Of a DNA stretch of 32,000 bases, positions 1 to 7,700 are shown piece after piece. The translations under genes and the position numbers were made by a program. Source of the DNA: Pirellula staleyi DSM 6068 (GTDB taxonomy: Bacteria; Planctomycetota; Planctomycetia; Pirellulales; Pirellulaceae); assembly GCA_000025185.1 (NCBI GenBank), contig CP001848.1:3150001-3182000 (forward strand), given 5' to 3'. Within the stretch, counting starts at the first letter, position 1; each line of letters begins with the position of its first letter. A model generated the notes under the pieces. The model ran no database searches and was not told the DNA's origin. It worked only from the letters and a program-made list of their open reading frames with translations.

Positions 1-291
1 TCACTTCCAAGACCTCCATTCACCTTCCCTGGTGCCTGGTTTCGCATCGGAGGTGATCAAGAGCTGCATCTGATTGGCGAGCGTAAGTCGGAAGTGCTGT
101 CCCACAATCGGGGCAACCACTACGCGATGCTGGTCGACGATATTGACGCTTGGGAGCGTCATCTCACCGAGGTAGGGGCCCAATTCTTCCCGCGGCGCAT
201 TCGCCCCGATGGTGCCTATCAGATTTTCCTGTGCGATCCCGATGGCTATTACATCGAGCTTTGCACACCCCCCGGTGCCCATCAGGGGTAG
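1..291 (+). CDS. VOC (glyoxalase/bleomycin-resistance/dioxygenase) family protein, 5'-truncated by the window edge
   Basis: Frame 1 is open from base 1 (SLPRPPFTFPGAWFRIGGDQELHLIGE...) and runs into the listed 94..291 ORF. The C-terminal ...NHYAMLVDDIDAWERHL...GAYQIFLCDPDGYYIELC looks like the last beta-alpha-beta-beta-beta module of the VOC fold. Confidence 0.7.
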   Translation, partial: SLPRPPFTFPGAWFRIGGDQELHLIGERKSEVLSHNRGNHYAMLVDDIDAWERHLTEVGAQFFPRRIRPDGAYQIFLCDPDGYYIELCTPPGAHQG

Positions 292-507
292 CTGTCAAGC
301 GGCGCCAAGTTCCAGCCGATGCCAGCCTCTGCTCAGTGCTGTGCTGGCCGATCTTCGGAAGCTTGGTGGTCGAACATTTCCCGCCTACTGCTTCCAGGGG
401 CTCCTTTTTTCCTCACGGGTAGTTTGCCTTTCGGCCGGTCTGATTAGAATAAACGTAGGCGTGAAGATTTTGTGTCAACTGTTCCTCGAGCCGACGGACC
501 CCCACGC

Positions 508-1071
508 ATGTCCGAATCGCAGCGAATTCGCCGCCAGCAAACGCTTCGCGAAGCCGAGGGCTATCTCGATTTGATCACCGTGTTTGGTGACCGCTGGCCT
601 TGTCACCCCGATCATCGCGACAAGTTGGCCGAACGTGTCCTGTCGATGCTAGGCAAAATCGAGATGCAACCGGGCGCTGAAGCCCAGGTGCTGATGCTGC
701 AGGGCCAGGCACTGCGGGCCATGCAGCGTTATGTCGAAGCTGCCGCTAAGTTCAACACGGCTGCGGCGCTCGACGACAGCCACGTGCCGTCGCGATTAGC
801 ACTCGGCTGGTGCTACAAACGTTGTCGCCGCCTCGACTTGGCGATCCAGGCACTCGAAGAAGCGATGGAGATTGCCCCCCACACGGCAATCATTCACTAC
901 AACTTGGCTTGCTACTGGAGTCTTGCTGGCAACGCCAAGATTGCCTTGATCTATTTGGCTCAAGCGATCGAGATGCAGCCGAAGTATCGCGACCTTGTCG
1001 GGAAAGAGCGGGACTTCGACAACGTCCGCCAAAATCCCAACTTCCTGGCACTCACCAGTGTGATTGTGTAG
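508..1071 (+). CDS. TPR-repeat protein
   Basis: This is the 472..1071 ORF, with ATG at 508 (MSESQRIRR...) preferred over GTG at 472. It has helical repeats with TPR-like spacing (GQALRAMQRYVEAAAKFNTAAALD; LALGWCYKRCRRLDLAIQALEEAMEIAP; HYNLACYWSLAGNAKIALIYLAQAIEMQP). Confidence 0.7.
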   Translation: MSESQRIRRQQTLREAEGYLDLITVFGDRWPCHPDHRDKLAERVLSMLGKIEMQPGAEAQVLMLQGQALRAMQRYVEAAAKFNTAAALDDSHVPSRLALGWCYKRCRRLDLAIQALEEAMEIAPHTAIIHYNLACYWSLAGNAKIALIYLAQAIEMQPKYRDLVGKERDFDNVRQNPNFLALTSVIV

Positions 1072-1088
1072 TGGGAATCGGCAGGCGG

Positions 1089-2057
1089 CTATTTAATGCC
1101 ACCTGCGACGGCCACTTGGCGACGCGAACGCCACCAAGCTTTGGCCACTAGCTGCGGAAAGATCCAGGCATCTTTTAAGTAACGCTTGGCGAGGCGTTTT
1201 GGTTCAGTGCAGGCGCGGTGTAGCCATTCGAGACCGACCTGTCGCATCCAGACTGGCGCTCGCTTCTTTTCGCCCGCCAGAAAATCGATCGTCGCTCCGA
1301 CGCACAATGCGACTGGGCAATCGATCTGCTCATGAAATTTGTGCACCCACAATTCTTGCTTCGGCGCACCAAGGCCAACCACCAGCACGTCGGCATGTGC
1401 GGCTGAAACTTTCTCCAGGATGCGCTGGTTCTCGGCTTCATCGCGCTCGAAACCCAGGGGTGGGCAGTAGGTCCCCACGACTTGGACATTCGGCCAGCGA
1501 TGTTCGATTTTCGAGGCGGCTCGCTGAGCGACACCCGGACCAGCCCCTAGCAAAAAAACTCGCAGGGGAGCATCACTTCGTGCCGCATTAAAAAGTGCCG
1601 GAACCAAATCGCTACCTGGAACGCGGGCAGGGAGTGGTCGGCCCAACAGCTTGGCGGCCCAGTAGACCGGCATGCCATCGACCAGAATCATTCCCGCCTT
1701 GCTATAGGCCTCGCGCAGAGGGGTGTGATGCTCGAGGAGAACGACGTGATCGACGTTGGGAGTCACAACGTAGTGGCAACTCCTCACTGGGTCGGCTACC
1801 CAGGCCATCACTTGTCCAACCGCTTGATCCATCCGGAGAGGATCGACTTCGAGCCCCAGTAGTTCGATGCGTGCACACACGGCGGCTCGTCTCCAAGGTT
1901 GAATCGCGGGGGGAGAGGGGGCAGGCTGGCCTGCGAAGGAGCGAAAGTCCACTGGGCAGTTCCGGCTCACATTGCGAAGCGCAGCTAGGAGGGATCTGTT
2001 ACGGAGGACTTGGCACCAGGAGTGTGAAGAAGTCGCTCGCGCGGTTCTCACCGGCAA
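1089..2057 (-). CDS. WecB/TagA/CpsF family glycosyltransferase (GT26)
   Basis: Family-typical blocks are present: VVTPNVDHVV, ILVDGMPVYWAAKLLG, VFLLGAGPGVA, VLVVGLGAPKQELW and VGATIDFLAGEKKRAP. The roughly 60-aa N-terminal extension is unconserved, so an in-frame GTG at 1880 is a possible alternative start. Confidence 0.85.
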   Translation of the reverse strand: MPVRTARATSSHSWCQVLRNRSLLAALRNVSRNCPVDFRSFAGQPAPSPPAIQPWRRAAVCARIELLGLEVDPLRMDQAVGQVMAWVADPVRSCHYVVTPNVDHVVLLEHHTPLREAYSKAGMILVDGMPVYWAAKLLGRPLPARVPGSDLVPALFNAARSDAPLRVFLLGAGPGVAQRAASKIEHRWPNVQVVGTYCPPLGFERDEAENQRILEKVSAAHADVLVVGLGAPKQELWVHKFHEQIDCPVALCVGATIDFLAGEKKRAPVWMRQVGLEWLHRACTEPKRLAKRYLKDAWIFPQLVAKAWWRSRRQVAVAGGIK

Positions 2058-2289
2058 AAATACCTCACGAAACGTCGATAGGTCGGCAAGATCCGATGCG
2101 AAAATGCCGAAAAACCAACGGATCTCTCTAAAACCTCGCGACTTCGCCTAGGCGAGCGAAGCAGCCGCGGGCTACTCTTGATCGTTACGCTTAGCTACGA
2201 TTGAGCAGTTCGATTTTTCTGAATTCCTAGGCCCTTCGGGGCGTAGCGATCGTATCGTTTACGACGCCTAATTCCGACGTCAGCCGACC

Positions 2290-2964
2290 ATGCACTTCGT
2301 GCCACCTACGCCCGCCGACAGCCAGCCTCAACCGGGGCTGCTCGAGTCGCTTCGATCGATGAAGCTGACCGCAGCGGCATTGGCGTTTGTCGCCAAACTG
2401 ATCAGCGGCGCGACAGTGCGGTGGTATCAGTGCCAGCCCGATACGTGCCAGCGCATCTATTTTGCCAATCACACGAGCCATCTCGATGCGCTCATCGTTT
2501 GGAGTTCGCTGCCGAGCAACATTCGCGATCTCACTCGCCCTGTGGCCGCCAAGGACTACTGGGGAAAGACGAAGATGCGGCGGTATTTTGCCAGCCAGTT
2601 CAACGCCTTGCTGATCGATCGCGACGAGATCAAAGTGCATCAATCGCCGGTCGACTTAATGATCCGCGAGATGGGAACCAAATCGTCGCTGATTGTTTTT
2701 CCCGAAGGGACCCGCAACACCGACGAGGAGATGCAAGAGTTCAAGAGCGGGCTTTATTACCTCAGTAAGAAGCGACCCGACCTGGAACTGGTGCCGGTTT
2801 ACATCGACAATCTCAACCGAGTACTTCCGCGCGGCGAGTTTTTGCCGGTTCCCTTGCTCAGTAGCATCACCATCGGCCCCCCCATTTGGCTCGAGCCGCA
2901 GGAAGGTAAAGTGGCGTTCCTCAAGCGGGCACGCCAAGCCGTGCTGCGACTCAAGGACGCTTAA
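2290..2964 (+). CDS. Lysophospholipid (1-acyl-sn-glycerol-3-phosphate) acyltransferase family protein
   Basis: It carries the HX4D catalytic motif NHTSHLD and the FPEGTRN motif of PlsC-type acyltransferases. An alternative start is ATG 2359 (MKLTAAALAF...). Confidence 0.85.
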   Translation: MHFVPPTPADSQPQPGLLESLRSMKLTAAALAFVAKLISGATVRWYQCQPDTCQRIYFANHTSHLDALIVWSSLPSNIRDLTRPVAAKDYWGKTKMRRYFASQFNALLIDRDEIKVHQSPVDLMIREMGTKSSLIVFPEGTRNTDEEMQEFKSGLYYLSKKRPDLELVPVYIDNLNRVLPRGEFLPVPLLSSITIGPPIWLEPQEGKVAFLKRARQAVLRLKDA

Positions 2965-2973
2965 ACCTGCCCC

Positions 2974-4224
2974 ATGGAAGCCATGAATCATTTCGCGAGC
3001 CCACTTCCGCTATTCCTAGCGAACGTTACCCGGCAAGAGTGGCTCGATATCCGCACGCTGGTGTTGCTGGGTGTGGTGCTGGGCATCCTGATAGCCGCCT
3101 ACATCATTGGTCGCGCACTTCGTCGCGCGCCGGAGAGCACCGCCAGCCCGGCCGTGGTCCGCACGTTCAATCTTCGTGTGGCCGCTTGGTGGATGATGTG
3201 CACCATCCTGGTAGCTGGCTTTTTGCTCGGCTATTCGGCAACCGTGGTGCTGTTTGGGCTCGTGTCGTTCTGGGCCCTGCGCGAGTTCATCACGATGACG
3301 CCAACGCGCCGCGGCGACCATCGCACCCTCTTCTGGACCTTCTTTGTCTTCACCCCGCTGCAATACTTTTTCGTCGCCCGTGGCAGCGAGTGGTATGGCA
3401 TCTACACCATCATGATCCCGGTGTATGCCTCGCTCTTCATTCCCGCACGTATCGCGATTGCAGGGGATCCGAAACGATTTCTCGAACGGGTAGCTAAGAT
3501 TCAGGCCGGTCTGCTGATCTGCGTGTATGCACTGAGCCACGCTCCCGCTGTGCTGAGCTTGCAGTTGACCACTTCCGACAAACAGCTCTGGGTGGTTGGG
3601 ACGCGTGAAGCCCCAGCTGCCCCCGAGACGCTCGTCGATGATGGTAACCTCGATATCCGCCCCGAAATTCCCGTCGATCCCAAGAATGGTTCGAAGGTGC
3701 CGAGCCCTGCGAGCGAAAAAAGTTCAACCAGTTCAAAAACGGTTGCTGCTGATCCCAAGAGCCAGTCACCAGCTCTCACCGCGCCCACCGATGCCTCGAA
3801 ATACATTCGGGGAAGCAATGCCGGTTTGCTCTTCTATTTTGTGCTGCTCGTGCAGCTGAACGATGTGTTTCAGTTCGCTTGGGGCAACCTACTGGGGCGG
3901 CATGTGATTGCCCCTTCGATCAACGCCAGCCGCACCTGGGAAGGGATGATTGGTGGAGCACTCAGCACGATGCTGGTCGGCGCGATCCTGTGGTGGGCCA
4001 CCCCGTTTAAGATGTGGGAATCGGCCTGCATGGCCCTGGCCATCGCGGTGATGGGCTTTGCTGGCGGCATGACGATGTCGGCGATCAAACGCGATCGCGG
4101 CGTGAAGGATTACGGCACGCTCGTTTCGGGGCATGCCGGCGTGCTCGACCGCATCGACAGCCTCTGCTTTGCCGCCCCCATCTTCTTCCACCTGACGCGA
4201 TACTTCTTCTCGGATATCAGCTGA
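2974..4224 (+). CDS. cdsA: Phosphatidate cytidylyltransferase (CDP-diglyceride synthase) with an internal low-complexity insertion
   Basis: It is a multi-pass membrane protein. The C-terminal SAIKRDRGVKDYGTLVSGHAGVLDRIDS matches the CdsA signature (S-x-[LIVMF]-K-R-x4-K-D...H-G-G-x-x-D-R-x-D, here with HAG). The upstream NDVFQFAWGNLLGRH...SRTWEGMIGG block also fits. It starts 10 nt after the acyltransferase stop. Confidence 0.85.
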   Translation: MEAMNHFASPLPLFLANVTRQEWLDIRTLVLLGVVLGILIAAYIIGRALRRAPESTASPAVVRTFNLRVAAWWMMCTILVAGFLLGYSATVVLFGLVSFWALREFITMTPTRRGDHRTLFWTFFVFTPLQYFFVARGSEWYGIYTIMIPVYASLFIPARIAIAGDPKRFLERVAKIQAGLLICVYALSHAPAVLSLQLTTSDKQLWVVGTREAPAAPETLVDDGNLDIRPEIPVDPKNGSKVPSPASEKSSTSSKTVAADPKSQSPALTAPTDASKYIRGSNAGLLFYFVLLVQLNDVFQFAWGNLLGRHVIAPSINASRTWEGMIGGALSTMLVGAILWWATPFKMWESACMALAIAVMGFAGGMTMSAIKRDRGVKDYGTLVSGHAGVLDRIDSLCFAAPIFFHLTRYFFSDIS

Positions 4225-4253
4225 CGATCTTTTCACCACAAGGTGTTGAAACG

Positions 4254-4505
4254 ATGAATCGTGCACTCACTCGTGGTGATGGAATTGTTTTCCTGACACT
4301 GAATCTCGCTGCTTTGTGGCTTTCCGAATCGCGTGGTTTCTCGGTGATGGGAGGTATTCCCTACCTCGAATGTTTTCTCGGTGCGAATGCGATTGCCATT
4401 GTTTGGATTCTGAATCGACACCACTGGCGCATGAAAAAACCGGAGGGGGCCGAAACCACCTCCGGTTCAATTGTTCGCGATCAATCTGGCAGCGACGGCA
4501 AGTGA
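4254..4505 (+). CDS. Hypothetical small membrane protein (83 aa)
   Basis: This is an internal ATG of the 4014..4505 ORF, 29 nt after the cdsA stop, with aaggtg upstream. There are two hydrophobic segments (IVFLTLNLAALWL; FLGANAIAIVWIL). I recognise no family. Confidence 0.35.
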   Translation: MNRALTRGDGIVFLTLNLAALWLSESRGFSVMGGIPYLECFLGANAIAIVWILNRHHWRMKKPEGAETTSGSIVRDQSGSDGK

Positions 4506-4535
4506 TAGTCGCCACGAGTTGAGAATGCCTGCTGA

Positions 4536-5858
4536 TTACAGCTTCCAAGGCTCACGCATGGCGGGGCTGAGGAGCTTGGCTGCTTCTTCGTCGCCGAGAA
4601 TCTGCTCCGAAGCGGGATCGAACTTGATTTTGCGACCTAGGGTCATCGCAATGTTGTTCAAGTGGCAGATCGAACCAGTGCGATGCCCCACTTCCGCAGG
4701 TGCAATCGTGGGCTGACGGCTCTTCACGCAGTCGATGAAGTTGCGATGGTGGCCAGGGCTGCGCCCCAGTTTGAAGTCTCCCTTGGAGATGATCGCTTGC
4801 ACTTCCTTCAGAAGTGCTTCGTCGCTGGCTTCGAGCTTTTGGCCGTGGATGTGGACGAAAATCCAACCGTCGGCCCCTTCGAACTTCACACCACGAGGAC
4901 CGACAGCTTCGCCGATCATCTCCAGGCCGCTGGCGTAGGTGCACTTGAACTTATAGTCCCAGAAAACGTTGTAGAGGCTGTCTTTCGCCTGCACACCACT
5001 CGCTTCGTATTCCACGGGGCCGGTGGCGTCCATACCGGCACCAAGCTGGCCGATATCGATGACGTGAGCGCCACGGTCGGTCATCTCGCCGCCGCCGTAA
5101 GCCAGGTTGAAACGCCACCAGAAATGGCAACGCTTTTCGGTGTAAGGGACTTCAGCGGTGTGGCCGAGCCAGAAGTTGTAGTCGAAACCTTCGGGCACAT
5201 TTTGGGCTGCTGGAATCCCTTCGACCTTGCGTGCTTCGAGGTGATGACCGTCGACACAAGGCAGATTGATTCGAAGCGTGTTGAGCTTGCCGATGCGGCC
5301 TGCTTGCACGAGTTCGCACACAGCGCGGGCGTTGTCGCCACTACGTTCTTGTGTGCCGGTTTGCAGAATGCGTTTGTTCTTTTCGACAGCGTTGCAAATA
5401 CCGCGACCTTCTGCCACCGAGTTAGCGAGGGGCTTCTCGCAGTAGATATCTTTGCCCCCGTTGGCAGCAGCAATCGAGGCAATCGCGTGCCAGTGATCGG
5501 GAGTCGAGATCGCCACGGCATCGATATCGGTGCGCGAAGTGATTTCGCGGAAATCGTTGTAGGCTTTGCAGTCTTCGTTCTTGTAATGGCCGTTCACTTG
5601 CTTGTGGGCCATGTCGCGGTTCTTCGCGTCGACATCGCACACGGCGACCATCTGGACATCCGGGAAGCCCATGAAGGTTCCCATGTTGTGGCGACCCTTA
5701 CCGCCGGTGCCAATGCAACCCATCACAATGCGGTCGCTGGGAGGAGCTTTGTCCTCGAGACCAAGGACCGAGGCGGGGACATAGTAAGGAATTGCCAGGG
5801 CCGATGCAGCCGCTGCGGTGGTTTTCAGAAAGCTGCGGCGGTTTTGATTGACTGCCAT
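4536..5858 (-). CDS. Gfo/Idh/MocA family oxidoreductase with a Tat signal peptide
   Basis: The N-terminal twin-arginine signal is MAVNQNRRSFLKTTAAAASALA. The Rossmann block is IVMGCIGTGGKGRH. The STPDHWH and EKPLA motifs are typical of the family. Confidence 0.9.
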   Translation of the reverse strand: MAVNQNRRSFLKTTAAAASALAIPYYVPASVLGLEDKAPPSDRIVMGCIGTGGKGRHNMGTFMGFPDVQMVAVCDVDAKNRDMAHKQVNGHYKNEDCKAYNDFREITSRTDIDAVAISTPDHWHAIASIAAANGGKDIYCEKPLANSVAEGRGICNAVEKNKRILQTGTQERSGDNARAVCELVQAGRIGKLNTLRINLPCVDGHHLEARKVEGIPAAQNVPEGFDYNFWLGHTAEVPYTEKRCHFWWRFNLAYGGGEMTDRGAHVIDIGQLGAGMDATGPVEYEASGVQAKDSLYNVFWDYKFKCTYASGLEMIGEAVGPRGVKFEGADGWIFVHIHGQKLEASDEALLKEVQAIISKGDFKLGRSPGHHRNFIDCVKSRQPTIAPAEVGHRTGSICHLNNIAMTLGRKIKFDPASEQILGDEEAAKLLSPAMREPWKL

Positions 5859-5861
5859 AAC

Positions 5862-5911
5862 GTGCGAGACTCCTGGTGGGAGGGACTAATGAACCCCCCA
5901 GAGTCTCGCAC
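5862..5911 (-). promoter_or_regulatory. Strong stem-loop between the ettA stop and the Gfo/Idh/MocA start, overlapping the Shine-Dalgarno sequence
   Basis: The arms gtgcgagactc (5862-5872) and gagtctcgcac (5901-5911) are perfect reverse complements (11 bp). The 28-nt loop contains a further G-run/C-run inner helix. The AGGAG on the minus strand (complement of 5870-5874) lies partly in the start-proximal arm, which ends 3 nt before the ATG at 5858. Confidence 0.5.
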
Positions 5912-6005
5912 AATCGACGTCCTGAATCAAGCTTGCGGAAAACTGGTCGCCGCAAGGTGATATGCAACGCGAACGCAGTTACCGCTGGGCTCAAAGAATG
6001 GAAGC

Positions 6006-7682
6006 TTATCGCTGCAGTTTTTTGTAGCGGAAGCGCACCGGCTCATCGGCTGAGATACCGAGTCGCTGACGACGCTGTTCTTCGTACGTCTGGAAGTTTC
6101 CTTCGCACCAGTGGACGTAGCCATCTCCTTCAAACGCCAAAATATGCGTGGCGATCCGGTCGAGGAACCAGCGATCGTGGCTGATCACCACGGCGCAACC
6201 GGCGTAGTTCAAAACAGCTTCTTCCAGGGCGCGAAGGGTATCGACGTCGAGATCGTTGGTTGGTTCGTCGAGCAGCAGCACGTTCGAGCCGCGCCGGAGG
6301 AGTTTGGCGAGATGCACGCGGTTGCGTTCACCACCCGAGAGATTGCCGACCTTCTTTTCCTGATCGGGGCCACGGAAATTAAACCGCGACACATAGGCTC
6401 GTGAGTTCACCTTACGGCCACCCATCTCGAACGTGTCGTTTCCTCCCGAGATCTCTTCGTAGACCGTTTTGTCGGGGGAAAGAGCATCGCGGTTTTGATC
6501 GACGTAACCAAGTTCGACCGTGGAGCCGACTCGCATTTCGCCACTGTCGGGTTTCTCCAGCCCCATCATCATGCGGAAGAGTGTGGTCTTACCAGCACCG
6601 TTCGGACCGATGATGCCGACGATGCCACCCGCAGGCAAACGGAAATCGAGGTTATCGATCAGCACTTTGTCGCCATAAGCTTTCGAGACGTTCTTGGCTT
6701 CGACGACGAGTTCGCCAAGGTGCTTGCCTGGTGGGATCTGAATTTCAAATTCGTCGGGGCGTTCTTCAAAACGCTCGTTGGACATCTGTTCGTAGGCTTT
6801 GATGCGCGCCTTGCTTTTGCTTTGACGAGCGCGGGGAGACATCCGAATCCATTCGAGTTCGCGCTCGAGTGTTTTCTGACGCGCTTGGCTCTGTTTTTCT
6901 TCGCGGACCATCCGCTCTTGTTTTTGAGCCAGCCACGACGAGTAGTTCCCTTCCCACGGAATCCCTTGACCACGGTCGAGTTCCAAAATCCAACTCGCCA
7001 CGTTATCGAGGAAGTAGCGATCGTGGGTCACGGCGACCACCGTGCCGTGATAGCGCTGCAGCGTTTGTTCGAGCCAGTTAACTGCTTCGGCGTCGAGGTG
7101 GTTTGTCGGTTCGTCGAGCAGCAGCAGATCGGGTTTACGGAGCAGAAGTTTGCAAAGCGCCACGCGGCGTCGTTCACCACCCGAGAGTTTCGAGACATCA
7201 GCGTCTTTCTCGGGAAGGTTCATGGCGTCCATCGCGATTTCAAGTTCGCGATCCATTTCCCATGCGCCGGTGGCTTCGATCTGATCTTGCAGCCGTGCCA
7301 TTTCGTCGCACAGTTTCTGCATTTGATCGTCGTCCATCGGCTCGGCGAGCAGCGTCGAGATTTCGTTGTAGCGATCGAGCGACTTGCGTCTTGGCGCAAT
7401 CGCCTCTTGCAGGTTGCCCCACACATCGAAGGCGGGATTGAGTTGTGGCTCTTGCGACAAATAGCCGCAGGTGAAGCCGTCGGTGAGACGCGCGTCGCCA
7501 TCGAAATCGGTATCCATCCCCGCCATGATGCGCATCAGCGTACTCTTACCCGAACCGTTTCGCCCGAGCACGCCGATCTTTGCGCCGGGATAGAAAGCGA
7601 GCCACACTTCTTTAAGCACTTCGCGCTGACCATGTTTTTTGGTCAGACGCTGGATTTGGTAGATGTATTGACGTCCGTTCAT
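6006..7682 (-). CDS. ettA: Energy-dependent translational throttle protein EttA (ABC-F ATPase)
   Basis: It is 558 aa with two ABC cassettes (GRNGSGKST / LSGGERRRVALC / LLLDEPTNHLD and GPNGAGKTT / LSGGERNRVHLA / LLLDEPTNDLD). It is near-collinear with E. coli EttA as I remember it (ITHDRYFLDNVA.WILELDRG.GIPWEGNYSSWL, VISHDRWFLDRIATHIL). Confidence 0.93.
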   Translation of the reverse strand: MNGRQYIYQIQRLTKKHGQREVLKEVWLAFYPGAKIGVLGRNGSGKSTLMRIMAGMDTDFDGDARLTDGFTCGYLSQEPQLNPAFDVWGNLQEAIAPRRKSLDRYNEISTLLAEPMDDDQMQKLCDEMARLQDQIEATGAWEMDRELEIAMDAMNLPEKDADVSKLSGGERRRVALCKLLLRKPDLLLLDEPTNHLDAEAVNWLEQTLQRYHGTVVAVTHDRYFLDNVASWILELDRGQGIPWEGNYSSWLAQKQERMVREEKQSQARQKTLERELEWIRMSPRARQSKSKARIKAYEQMSNERFEERPDEFEIQIPPGKHLGELVVEAKNVSKAYGDKVLIDNLDFRLPAGGIVGIIGPNGAGKTTLFRMMMGLEKPDSGEMRVGSTVELGYVDQNRDALSPDKTVYEEISGGNDTFEMGGRKVNSRAYVSRFNFRGPDQEKKVGNLSGGERNRVHLAKLLRRGSNVLLLDEPTNDLDVDTLRALEEAVLNYAGCAVVISHDRWFLDRIATHILAFEGDGYVHWCEGNFQTYEEQRRQRLGISADEPVRFRYKKLQR

Positions 7683-7700
7683 CAGAGTCGTCCTTCAGGA

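Noticed and set aside
292-507. Possible terminator after the VOC gene (ggaagc...gcttcc followed by ctcctttttt at about 404-411)
   Set aside because: The stem is only 6 bp with a 27-nt loop, and the T-run is not adjacent to it. This is too weak to call.
2296-2311. TGGCACG...GCAT on the minus strand (complement of atgcacttcgtgcca), resembling a sigma-54 -24/-12 promoter; other TGGCAC hits occur at 1996, 16846, 24161 and 29936
   Set aside because: The GC of the -12 element is offset by one position from the TGGCAC-N5-TTGC spacing, and the site lies inside the acyltransferase start region. The other hits lack any TTGC at the right distance or are intragenic. None is convincing without a matrix scan.
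4662-5960. 432-aa plus-strand ORF
   Set aside because: It is antisense to the well-supported Tat-signal Gfo/Idh/MocA oxidoreductase. It has a Val/Ala/Gly/His-rich composition and no family motifs, so it is a shadow ORF.
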